Shown: positions 26,646-35,263, counted from the first letter of the stretch. The stretch is 64,000 bases of DNA from Candidatus Nanoarchaeia archaeon (GCA_041488275.1 JBGPOY010000003.1:14092-78091); one strand, 5' to 3'. The notes: a model not told the origin generated them from the sequence alone. Numbers and translations are program-made.

Positions 26646-27721
26646 ACCGCCTCGGGCTTGAAGTCGCGCACGCTGACGCCGACAAGCCGGATGTTTCTCG
26701 TGTCGGAAAGGAACGGCTGGAGCAGCGAGAACGCGGTGTTGCGCAGCGCTTCGATGTTGTCGAGGTGGTCGATGAGGTTGCGTTGTTTTGTTTTGGTGTC
26801 AAAGTCGTCGTAGCGGACTTTGACCGTGATGGTCTTGAAGCGGAGTTTTTCGGAGCGGATTTGCTCGTGGACGTCCTGAATCATCGCGTCGAGAAGTTCG
26901 CGGACGCGCTTCGTGTCTTTCGTGTCGTGCTCGAACGTGCGCTGGCGCCCGATGCTTTTCGCCTGCCATTCCTCGACGAGGTGCGTGCTTCCTTCGCCTC
27001 TTGCTTGCCAGTAAATGCTTTCGCCGAACGAGCCGAGCGTCTGGACGAGTTGCTCGCGCGTGAAGCGGTGCACGTCTTGCACTGTGTTGATGCCGAGCTG
27101 GTTCAGGATAGTCTTGGTTTTCGGTCCGACTCCGCGCAGCACGGAAATGTCCTGCGGCGCGAGGAATTCGATGGCTTTTTCCTGCGGAACAACCGTGAGC
27201 CCGTCGGGCTTTTGGAAGTCGGACGCGACTTTTGCGATAAGTTTGTTCGGACCGATACCGACGCTGCACGCCAATCCTTCCTTGGTCTTGATGTCATCCT
27301 TGATAGTTTGGGCGAGCGTCTTTGCGGCTGCGTAGCTTCCGGTCTGCGAAACGTCAAGGAACGCCTCGTCAATCGAGACTTGTTCGATGGCGTCGGTGTG
27401 CGTTCTGAGAATCTGCATGACTCGCTGTGAGGTTTCTGCGTAGAGTTTGTAGTTAACCGGCGTGAAGATGCCCTGCGGGCACAGCCGGTAGGCTTTGCTG
27501 ATGGGCATTGCCGAATGCACGCCGAACTTCCGCGCGGCGTAGTTGCACGTCGCGACGACGCCTCGTCCGCTGCCTGCCTTCGGGTCTGCCCCGACAATCA
27601 CGGGCTTGCCCGCGTACTCTGGGTGGTGGCGTTCCTCAACGGCTGCAAAGAACGCGTTTAAGTCCAGATGCAGAATGATGATTGGGGCAGGCTCCATACG
27701 AAGCGAAGAACAATCGGACAT
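26642..27721 (-). CDS. dinB: Y-family DNA polymerase IV (DinB/Dpo4)
   Basis: ILHLDLNAFFAAVE, SIDEAFLDV and HhH GVGPKT motifs. 359 aa. Confidence 0.9.
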   Translation of the reverse strand: MSDCSSLRMEPAPIIILHLDLNAFFAAVEERHHPEYAGKPVIVGADPKAGSGRGVVATCNYAARKFGVHSAMPISKAYRLCPQGIFTPVNYKLYAETSQRVMQILRTHTDAIEQVSIDEAFLDVSQTGSYAAAKTLAQTIKDDIKTKEGLACSVGIGPNKLIAKVASDFQKPDGLTVVPQEKAIEFLAPQDISVLRGVGPKTKTILNQLGINTVQDVHRFTREQLVQTLGSFGESIYWQARGEGSTHLVEEWQAKSIGRQRTFEHDTKDTKRVRELLDAMIQDVHEQIRSEKLRFKTITVKVRYDDFDTKTKQRNLIDHLDNIEALRNTAFSLLQPFLSDTRNIRLVGVSVRDFKPEAV

Positions 27722-27836
27722 TTAAAAGATTGCGAGCCCGTGTCCAGTGAAGCATTGGCTCGCGAGTGAAGTTCGTGAAGGAATAGACCGTCCGAGAAGG
27801 TAGGGGTTTTCAGACTTGTTTGAGCAGCAAAAAGTT

Positions 27837-28250
27837 CTAATAAATAATTCGGTTCTGATCATTTTTCAACGTCTTAATCAGGGATGCTGCCCTGACTATG
27901 GTGGGACATCTTTCACACCCGCCCAAAAGATGATGATAGACACCTTCTTTTACATCATTAAGGTGTGTTCTATCTTGCCAGTTCTGTTCAAGCAATGCTT
28001 TCAGTGCGTCATCACACTCCATGCTTTTTACGGGAGGGACGAGCGTGGCAAGATTTTTCGCAATAGCTTCCAATCCATCGAACTGCGTTCCACCGATGAC
28101 TCCACCGATGACAAGTTGTGGTCTTGGGGCAGGAATGTTGTCTTGGACGTACTGTACGTCAAGCTTTCTGCTCAAAGCATACGTGATAAGCCCTTGCACA
28201 ACATACGTTTCAAGCCCTTCAGGTCCAGGTCGAAAAATAATATTTGCCAT
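27837..28250 (-). CDS. Hypothetical protein in an AT-richer islet
   Basis: 137-aa ORF. The local base composition is visibly lower in GC than the flanks. No motif recognised. Confidence 0.45.
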   Translation of the reverse strand: MANIIFRPGPEGLETYVVQGLITYALSRKLDVQYVQDNIPAPRPQLVIGGVIGGTQFDGLEAIAKNLATLVPPVKSMECDDALKALLEQNWQDRTHLNDVKEGVYHHLLGGCERCPTIVRAASLIKTLKNDQNRIIY

Positions 28251-28339
28251 TTCAGCAAGCTATTTGCTTCATTTGTTTAATAATTTTCACCTTCTCAGCA
28301 AGTCTGAACAAAGCGTCGTCTCACTGCGCAGAATACGAG

Positions 28340-29152
28340 TTATTTATGCTTTTCAACCAATTTTCGCATGCGTTCGACGAAGTCTTCGGCCATGGCTTGG
28401 TACTTCGTGTACTCGTCGCCTTTGATTTCCTTGATTTCGTGGTGGATAATCATCTTGGACAGACTGTAGAGGTAGCGCATCACGTGTGTGTACTTGGGTT
28501 CGAGCTGGTGGGTTTTGACGAAGTGGGTTTCCAGCAGGTCGGCGACGTGGTCGGGGCTCGGCGGGATTTCGCCGGCGCTCATGAGCGCGGCGTGTGCCGA
28601 GTCGATGGCTGCCCAGTAGAGGTCGAGCGTGGCCTGCATCACGTGCCATTTGCTGTTGTGCAAGGTCGTGGGCGCGCGCATGTAGTAGTTCCAGATGCTT
28701 TCCTGTGACGGGCGGATTCTGCCCTGACGCAGCAGGAGTTGCAACGGGTCGAAGAAGCCCGTGTCGAGCAATGCGACGCCGTCGCGGAGAATGTTGATGC
28801 CGACGGGGTCGCCTGCGCGAACGTATTCCCAGAAGCTGGTGAGCCGGAGCGTCGTGACGTGAAAGCGAGGCGTAATGTCGGTCACGACCTTTTCCACGAT
28901 GACGCGGTAGGCGGTAATCATTTCGTGGCTGAGGTTGATGGTGACATCGTCCACGACGACGAGAATGTCGATGTCGCTCTTCGACGAACGTTTTTCGCGA
29001 GTTGCTGCGCTGCCGAACAGGACGACCGCCTTCAGAAAGTTGCCGAACTCCTTGTAGAGCCTTGTGGCAAACGTGCGCGCCAGCTCGCGGTCATCTTTGG
29101 AGTAAAGATTGATGGCTGGATTTTCTCGCGGGTAGATGTTGAATTCTGCCAT
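28340..29152 (-). CDS. Nucleotidyltransferase (Pol-beta/MNT fold) fused to a HEPN/KNTase-C-like helical domain
   Basis: GSAATREKRSSKSDIDILVVVDD (the GS...DxD NTase motif) at the N-terminus. The C-terminal half is helical. Confidence 0.7.
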   Translation of the reverse strand: MAEFNIYPRENPAINLYSKDDRELARTFATRLYKEFGNFLKAVVLFGSAATREKRSSKSDIDILVVVDDVTINLSHEMITAYRVIVEKVVTDITPRFHVTTLRLTSFWEYVRAGDPVGINILRDGVALLDTGFFDPLQLLLRQGRIRPSQESIWNYYMRAPTTLHNSKWHVMQATLDLYWAAIDSAHAALMSAGEIPPSPDHVADLLETHFVKTHQLEPKYTHVMRYLYSLSKMIIHHEIKEIKGDEYTKYQAMAEDFVERMRKLVEKHK

Positions 29153-29219
29153 TCCCAGCTCGCTAACGCCTTCGGCGCTTTAAGAACATTTATCACCATC
29201 GCAGAAGGGTAAAAACAGC

Positions 29220-31118
29220 TTATTCGAGCCCGAGTCCCGACCAGAACGGGCTGCCGCGGTATTCTTCAGACAACGCCATCTCGCCGAACAGGAAGTAGGG
29301 CGGATGGTTTTGGGCGAAGTAGGAGTGTTGGGCGGTGTTCCAGTCAATTCTCTTCCCGCCGGGAGCGGAAAGCCCGTAAATGCTGTGCCCGAAGAGCTTC
29401 CAGCCGCCGTAGAGAGCTTCGTACTGCTTCGCGGGGTCTTGCGCGCCGGGTTCGACGACTAAGTCGATGGGCTTGCCTTGCTTTTCGGCGGCGGCTTTCA
29501 TGAGTTGGACAAATTCCTTGATGGGCGCGCTGCCCATCCCCGGCGTCAGGTGTTCGTCTTGGTAGCCGAAGTTGTCGGAAATGTGCAGGTGCCCGACGAC
29601 CTTGTGCTTGTTGAGGTCGTCCATTTCGGACAGCAGCCACTTGTTGAAGCGCTTGTCCGAGTCAGCAATGCTTTCGCCGGGCTTGGACTGGAAGTACTTG
29701 CGCCAGACGTTCACGTGTCCGACGTCGACGGTCGCCTTGATGTGTTTCTCGGCTTCCGAATACGCAGCGTCGGGCGACATTCCTTTTTGGTCCTGCAACA
29801 GTTTTGCCATCCGCGAACGGGATTCGAGCACGAGCGTCTTGATTTCCTGCGGGTGCGAGCCGTACGTTTCGGGAAAAATGCCTTCGGGCGCGACGAACAA
29901 GTCCTTCTTGAGCTTCTTTTCCTTCTCGATGTTGTACGCGAACATACCCAGTTGAGCGATGGATTCTGCGCTCTTTTTCACGGCAAATTCGGTGATGGGT
30001 TTGAGCCGCTGGAATTGGTCGTCAAAGTCCTTGATTTGTTCCTGATAGGAAAGCGCGGACTGCTGGATGCGCGAGAGCTGGCGGTCGAGATGGTCTTTCG
30101 CAATCTTCAGTCGTTCTGTCGGGAGTCCTCGCTCGGGCATGACCAAGTCGGGAGGGACTCCTTCTTCGTGGAATTCCTTCATCAGGTGTTCCTTGTCCTT
30201 GCCCGCCATGTGCTCGAGCTTCTGCCACTTGGTCATCGCTTCTTCAACGCGCTTCTTCCTCTCAAGAAGACGGTCGTAGTCCTGCAAGTGCCAGAGGCGT
30301 TCGCCTTCCGCCTGCAGCGTGCGGGCGTTGACGAGTTCCTTGTAATAGATTTGTTCGGGCTTGAGCTTCTGGTCAGGATGCCCCGCGTTCCAGTCCTCGG
30401 TTTTCTTCTCGATGTCCTTCCATTCCAGCGTCTGGAGCTTGAACTTCTTGTTCTTGACATCGTATTCAGGAATCGGGTTGCCGAACGAGTCAGATTTCAG
30501 CGTGCCGTCGGGGTTTTTCTCGTACACGGGCGCGTTGATGGGGACGTTCTTGCGCACGGTCGTGACGACGTCGCCGGTGCGCTCGTCAACGAGGTACAGC
30601 GCGGCTTCGGTTTTTTCGTTCGGGTGCGCGAGGAACTCGACGTCGGCGCGTTTGTCCACGTCGAACAAAGGACGCGCGAATTCCTGCGCGTGAATCGTGA
30701 CGGCTCCGCCTTGCGCGGTGTCTGCCGCGAACTCGATGGCGCGCTTGATTTCCTGCATGTTTTGGACGCGCGAGTTCTCGTCAAAGCCGCGGTTGCCGAA
30801 GCCCGCGAAGCCTCCGGTTCCTACGGTAGCGTGCGTGCTCAGTTCGACCTTGTTGACTTTCGCGATTTCGCGAATCGTGCGGCGCTGTTCCGAGTCAATG
30901 CTTTCGGGAGTGATTTGCCCTGAGAAAATGCTGCCCTTGCCGGCTCCGAGAAAACCGATTTCGACTTTGCTCGCGCCCTCGCGGATTTTTGCGATGAGCG
31001 GCTGAACCGCGTCCTTGGTCGCGATGATGCTGATGCCGATGTCGCGGATGGGGATGAGCGCGTCTTCATTGTAGTCGCGGTCCATCGAGTGATAGTAGCC
31101 GCGGTCGGGACCCGCCAT
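29220..31118 (-). CDS. Xylose-isomerase/endonuclease-IV-like TIM-barrel protein interrupted by a ~250-aa helical insert
   Basis: N-terminal half: ELSTHA...GGAVTIHAQEF. C-terminal half: VDVGHVN...VGHLHISDNFGYQDEHLTPGMGSAPI...VVEPG. These are separated by a Lys/Glu-rich region. The ATG abuts the stop of the 203-aa ORF. Confidence 0.6.
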   Translation of the reverse strand: MAGPDRGYYHSMDRDYNEDALIPIRDIGISIIATKDAVQPLIAKIREGASKVEIGFLGAGKGSIFSGQITPESIDSEQRRTIREIAKVNKVELSTHATVGTGGFAGFGNRGFDENSRVQNMQEIKRAIEFAADTAQGGAVTIHAQEFARPLFDVDKRADVEFLAHPNEKTEAALYLVDERTGDVVTTVRKNVPINAPVYEKNPDGTLKSDSFGNPIPEYDVKNKKFKLQTLEWKDIEKKTEDWNAGHPDQKLKPEQIYYKELVNARTLQAEGERLWHLQDYDRLLERKKRVEEAMTKWQKLEHMAGKDKEHLMKEFHEEGVPPDLVMPERGLPTERLKIAKDHLDRQLSRIQQSALSYQEQIKDFDDQFQRLKPITEFAVKKSAESIAQLGMFAYNIEKEKKLKKDLFVAPEGIFPETYGSHPQEIKTLVLESRSRMAKLLQDQKGMSPDAAYSEAEKHIKATVDVGHVNVWRKYFQSKPGESIADSDKRFNKWLLSEMDDLNKHKVVGHLHISDNFGYQDEHLTPGMGSAPIKEFVQLMKAAAEKQGKPIDLVVEPGAQDPAKQYEALYGGWKLFGHSIYGLSAPGGKRIDWNTAQHSYFAQNHPPYFLFGEMALSEEYRGSPFWSGLGLE

Positions 31119-31730
31119 TTAGAACTCCTGCCGCTGTTTCGGGCGGTCTTCGTCGTCGAGCTTGCGCGTCTTGTACGCTTCGATTTGGTGAATTGCTTTT
31201 TCGGTGCGGGTCATGAGGTCTTTGGCTCGTTCGTCACGGATGTACGGCGCGGCTTTCTCGAATTCGTGCACGAGTTCGCCGTAGCGTTGCAATGATTCTG
31301 TTTCTGCGCGGGTCAACTGCTCGCCGGTCGCGACTTTGTCGCGCAGGTTGGCGATGCGGTCGTAGCCGTGGTGTTCGCGGAACTCGTACACGGCGGCGAC
31401 GATGTCGTGCCGGACGTAGTCCCGAGCGTGTTCGCGCGTTTCCGTACGAGGCGCGTTTTCGACGGCGGTTTCGAGCGTCTCTGCCTTTTTCGGGCGCCGG
31501 AACAATCGTTCGACTTCGACCGGGCGCGATTCGGGAACGCGGACGCGTTCGAGCGCTTCGAGTTCGCGATTGGTTTCGCGTTCCAGCGCGTCGAGCGAGG
31601 ACGTCGCCTTCTGCGCAGCCTGTTCGGCGTGCTTCAGCTCGTCGCTCACCCGCTTGCGGAGGGCGCGAATCTGGTCCAATCGCTCGTCGGGGGACGCTGC
31701 GCGGAGTGCCTGAATATCAATGGTGACCAT
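31119..31730 (-). CDS. Hypothetical coiled-coil protein coupled to the TIM-barrel gene
   Basis: 203 aa, charged and helical. Its stop is immediately followed by the next ATG. Confidence 0.5.
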   Translation of the reverse strand: MVTIDIQALRAASPDERLDQIRALRKRVSDELKHAEQAAQKATSSLDALERETNRELEALERVRVPESRPVEVERLFRRPKKAETLETAVENAPRTETREHARDYVRHDIVAAVYEFREHHGYDRIANLRDKVATGEQLTRAETESLQRYGELVHEFEKAAPYIRDERAKDLMTRTEKAIHQIEAYKTRKLDDEDRPKQRQEF

Positions 31731-31771
31731 TGATGTTCGTCAGTGAGTTTGAAGTAATAACCGTATCTACG

Positions 31772-31859
31772 CTCGCGTCGTGCCAGGCTCTCAGGCAGTT
31801 TTGTCGTAGGTGAAAGTTCTGACTCGCACAACCAACGACCATACTGCCGGGGACGCGAG
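31772..31859 (-). repeat. Copy C of the palindromic intergenic repeat family, with extended outer stem
   Basis: ccaggctctcaggcagt ... ttctgactcgcacaac ... actgccgggg, flanked by ctcgcgtc (31772) and gacgcgag (31852-31859), which are exact reverse complements. Confidence 0.7.
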
Positions 31860-31909
31860 ACACGGACATCATACAAGACTCCTTGCTTTTTCTATGTTTT
31901 GGGACAATT

Positions 31910-33508
31910 TCACCATGACTGCATGCCGTACGACTTCTTGAAGTTCTTGTAGTGGAGATAGCACAGTTTCTTGGAAATCTTGTTGACGGAATCGAACGCG
32001 CGCTTCATGTCGTCGCTGCCGGGCGCGCCTTTGGCAACGCCGGGCCAGAATGACTTCGCGATGTCGCCAGTGCCTCCGACCACGGCTCCGATGGCTTCGC
32101 GCGCGCCGGAAAAGACTGCAGCTGCGGGTTCGAAAAATCCTTCGAAGCTCGGGACGCGGGGCTTTTCCTCTTTCGGCGCGGGCTTGCCGAACGCTTCCTT
32201 GTCCGCCTCATCGAGAAATTTTTGCAGGTCTTCCTCGACGCCTTCGAGCGCGAATTTGAGTGTTTCGTTGATGCCTTTGAGCAGGTCGATGTCTTCTTGT
32301 TCTTTGAGGCGTTTGTACGCTGCGATGTGTTCTTCGCTCCACGCGTAGCTGCGCCACGTGACTTCTGCTTCGCCGACGTGAACCGGTCCTCGATGCTGGA
32401 AGTCTGACGTCGTGATGGACATGGACGGCTTGGTGCGGTACTGGAACGTCATGAGAATGCAGTTGTACGGCGCGCCCTTGCCGTACTTCTTGTCCGTGTC
32501 TTTCTCTGCCTTGCGCGCGAGGACTTCAATCTCGACGAGTGAGGTCTCGAACGCGCGAATCAGTTCCGCACGAGAATTACGCTCGATGTCGAGCCCGAGC
32601 CGTTTAACCGTGCGGAGGTACGGCTTGACCCATTGCATGTAGAGCTTGATGGTGCTGTAATACTGCCGCATGTACTTGAGCAGGTAGTTGCGACGCTGCA
32701 CGAGTTCGCGCTGCGAATGTTCCTTCCACGTGTAGTACTGCGTGAGCTTGCGCTTGAGCGTCGTTACGACCGAAGGGTTGAAGTCATTCTCGAGTTTGCC
32801 CACGCGCGCCCAGAACGTGTCGTCGCTTTCGCCGGGGAACTTGCGCGTCTGGAAGAAGAGGTCAGGCAGCACCGCGAAGCTGAGCTGTTGCGAAAGTCCG
32901 AAGACGCTTGCCGGGCTTTTCGCGCCGCCTTCCACGAGGTCGACGTACATTCCTTTCAACGTGATTTCGGCGCTGTCGGCGTTGGCGGGCTTCTTACCTT
33001 CTTCTGCCTTGATTCCGTCGGGGTCTTCCCACGGCGCGAACTTGCCCGAGCTATTGTAGTAGTAGCCGAGCCTCTCGCGGATGGCGCGCAACTCGCGGAC
33101 GTAGACGGGAATGCTGCGCACCATGTCGTGGATGATTCTGAGAAACTGCATGACTCTATCCTGCGTGAGCCCGAGCCGTTGCTGTCCTGCTCCGAACAGG
33201 CTGGATGATTCGGACGCGCTGAAGACGTCCGAGATTTTGTCCACCAACGGATAGCCGATTTGGCGGAATTGCGTGAGACTCCAGAAATAAATGCCTTCGA
33301 TGCTCGCGTTCGGTCCTTCGAGAATGACGCGGAACCGGTTGTTCGGCAGGGGGTACGCGCCCTGCGGCGGAATGCTGCCGTCCTTTGCGGGAGCGTAGGA
33401 AACGAACTGGTCTTTGGTGACCTCAGCGGAGTCCCATTTCTTGAAGACGTCCTTGGGGTCGCGCGGCTTGTCCGCTGCCGGTTTTCCCTCTTTTTTTGGC
33501 GCTGCCAT
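31910..33508 (-). CDS. Large hypothetical protein (532 aa), no recognisable domain
   Basis: Long ORF with ordinary composition. Basic AKP-rich N-terminus. Its own TATA (ctttaaatacc) overlaps the yhbY stop. Confidence 0.6.
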   Translation of the reverse strand: MAAPKKEGKPAADKPRDPKDVFKKWDSAEVTKDQFVSYAPAKDGSIPPQGAYPLPNNRFRVILEGPNASIEGIYFWSLTQFRQIGYPLVDKISDVFSASESSSLFGAGQQRLGLTQDRVMQFLRIIHDMVRSIPVYVRELRAIRERLGYYYNSSGKFAPWEDPDGIKAEEGKKPANADSAEITLKGMYVDLVEGGAKSPASVFGLSQQLSFAVLPDLFFQTRKFPGESDDTFWARVGKLENDFNPSVVTTLKRKLTQYYTWKEHSQRELVQRRNYLLKYMRQYYSTIKLYMQWVKPYLRTVKRLGLDIERNSRAELIRAFETSLVEIEVLARKAEKDTDKKYGKGAPYNCILMTFQYRTKPSMSITTSDFQHRGPVHVGEAEVTWRSYAWSEEHIAAYKRLKEQEDIDLLKGINETLKFALEGVEEDLQKFLDEADKEAFGKPAPKEEKPRVPSFEGFFEPAAAVFSGAREAIGAVVGGTGDIAKSFWPGVAKGAPGSDDMKRAFDSVNKISKKLCYLHYKNFKKSYGMQSW

Positions 33509-33537
33509 CGCTGAATACTCAGCGTCGTTGTTGGTAT

Positions 33538-33771
33538 TTAAAGCTTCGTGGTGCGCTTCAGAACGACGACAAACCCGACTTTGCTCGTCACGACCGCGCC
33601 CACTTTCGACGCGAGCCCCTCTACGAGCTCGCGGCGCTGTTCAGGCTCGCCCGCGCCGGGAAGGAGCTTCACGCGCACTTCGCCGTGGCGCTTCAGCTGT
33701 TTCTGGATTTCGGCGACCATGTTCTCAGTCAGGCCTGCCTTTCCGACGTTAATCGTGGGGAGCATAGTCAT
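33538..33771 (-). CDS. YhbY/CRM-domain RNA-binding protein
   Basis: 77 aa. VGKAGLTENMVAEIQKQLKRHGEVRVKL matches the CRS1/YhbY signature. Confidence 0.8.
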   Translation of the reverse strand: MTMLPTINVGKAGLTENMVAEIQKQLKRHGEVRVKLLPGAGEPEQRRELVEGLASKVGAVVTSKVGFVVVLKRTTKL

Positions 33772-33824
33772 GAATGGAGTTTTGACCCGTTTTTAAGCGT
33801 ATGCCTCGGAAACAGGCGTTCGTC

Positions 33825-33960
33825 GTGACCATGAGGCACGGCCGTCGTTCACCGTGCCCAGGGGCGTTGGAAGAGGGTTGTGCAAGTCAGAACGACAACC
33901 TACGACAATACTGCCTGAGAGCCTGGTACGACAGCCAAACGGCCTGTGCCTCATGGTTAC
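33825..33960 (+). repeat. Copy B of the palindromic repeat family, nested inside 21-bp terminal inverted repeats (MITE-like)
   Basis: Outer TIRs are gtgaccatgaggcacggccgt (33825-33845) and acggcctgtgcctcatggttac (33939-33960). The inner core is 33857-33926, with gttgtgcaagtcagaa at 33877-33892. Confidence 0.75.
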
Positions 33961-33965
33961 GGGGA

Positions 33966-34655
33966 TTAGATGATGTACCAAATCATCCAGATGCCGAGGG
34001 CGAGGAGCACGACGCCGGTGATGAGCCGCATCGCTTCCTTGTGCTTGTCGCGCCACTTGTGCATCTCTTTCGAGCTGACGCCCTTGTACATCGCGTAGAC
34101 GATGATGGCGAGCGGCAACACGAAGATGACGTTGTACAACAGCAACTGCGAGACGTTGCGCACGGTGAAGCCCGTGATGGACATGATGGCGAGCACGGCA
34201 AGATACACTGCGCCCGTGCACGGGAGCTCGACGAGCGCGACGAAGATGCCCAGCCCGAACGCCGTAAACAAGTTGTCCGAGATTTTTCGGACGTACATCT
34301 TGATTCTGACCGCGTCGTCAGGCGCGATTTGCAGGGAGAACCATTTCCCGTAAAAGAAATAGTCCTTGATTTCTAACAGTCCTGCGATGATAATCAGCGC
34401 CGCAATGATGATGTACGCGTAGACGCTGAACCTGCCCAGACTGCGGATGACGGGCAGCAACAAAAGCCCTGCGGAAAGATACGTCACGTAGACGCCGAAA
34501 ATATAGACGCCTCCGTGGATGAGCAGCTTGTTGGGCTGCTTGAACCGCTTGGTGAGATACGCGAGCAGGAAAATCAGGACGCCAAAGGCGCACGGGTTGA
34601 TGCTGTCGACGAGCGCGGCTCCGACGAGAATGGGGAGGCTGATTTCGGCGACCAT
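33966..34655 (-). CDS. ccdA: CcdA/DsbD-family transmembrane thiol-disulfide electron transporter
   Basis: Polytopic membrane protein with the two family Cys motifs: DSINPCAFGV in TM1 and ELPCTGAVY in a later helix. Confidence 0.8.
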   Translation of the reverse strand: MVAEISLPILVGAALVDSINPCAFGVLIFLLAYLTKRFKQPNKLLIHGGVYIFGVYVTYLSAGLLLLPVIRSLGRFSVYAYIIIAALIIIAGLLEIKDYFFYGKWFSLQIAPDDAVRIKMYVRKISDNLFTAFGLGIFVALVELPCTGAVYLAVLAIMSITGFTVRNVSQLLLYNVIFVLPLAIIVYAMYKGVSSKEMHKWRDKHKEAMRLITGVVLLALGIWMIWYII

Positions 34656-34656
34656 G

Positions 34657-34722
34657 TCAGCAGAACTCGCACGATTGTTTCTTGGGTTCCTTGGTTGATT
34701 TTGTCTTTTTCTTTGCAGCCAT
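34657..34722 (-). CDS. Possible 21-aa mini-ORF ending CEFC
   Basis: My own translation gives MAAKKKTKSTKEPKKQSCEFC. A GGTGA sits 5 nt upstream of the ATG, and the stop lies 1 nt before the ccdA ATG. Confidence 0.25.
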   Translation of the reverse strand: MAAKKKTKSTKEPKKQSCEFC

Positions 34723-34732
34723 CAGATTCACC

Positions 34733-35263
34733 TCATCCGAACGTCAGTTGAATAACATCGTGGTCGCTCCACACGTAGTCGGTATACTCCGTGGAAGCGT
34801 TGCCGTTGACCGTCATCGTGAGCTTGCCGGGGACGCCGTTGCACAAATCGCCGTTGCACTTGTCTGCGATGCACGTGCTCGTGAAGCGCACGCCCTGCAC
34901 CTTCATGAACTCGCCCAACTGCATCTTCGTTGTGTCGGTGACGCGCCCCGCGACCGGGTCGTAGGGAAGCGTGACGTGCAAGTGAATCTTGTTGCGCTCC
35001 TTGTGCGTGTGCGGTTCGTCGAGCGGGCCGGTTTCGAGCGGGAGCTTGTACGCGCTGCCGCAAATCGTGATGGGAACGTCCGCGTGGACGTGCACCGAGA
35101 GCTTGCAGTTCTGGTTGTTCGCGTCGCAGGTCATGATGCCGCCTTCGGCGTTCTCGCCGTAGAACTGCTGGAGACTGTACGCGAAGTAACCGATGATGGC
35201 GATGACAACGGCACCTATGAGAAACTGAAACAGGTGATTCTTGCGCGGGGTCTTGCGGGCCAT
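34733..35263 (-). CDS. Membrane-anchored Cys-rich extracytoplasmic protein, hypothetical
   Basis: N-terminal TM anchor LFQFLIGAVVIAIIGYFAY followed by several Cys. TATA gtttatata lies about 30 nt upstream. Confidence 0.55.
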   Translation of the reverse strand: MARKTPRKNHLFQFLIGAVVIAIIGYFAYSLQQFYGENAEGGIMTCDANNQNCKLSVHVHADVPITICGSAYKLPLETGPLDEPHTHKERNKIHLHVTLPYDPVAGRVTDTTKMQLGEFMKVQGVRFTSTCIADKCNGDLCNGVPGKLTMTVNGNASTEYTDYVWSDHDVIQLTFG

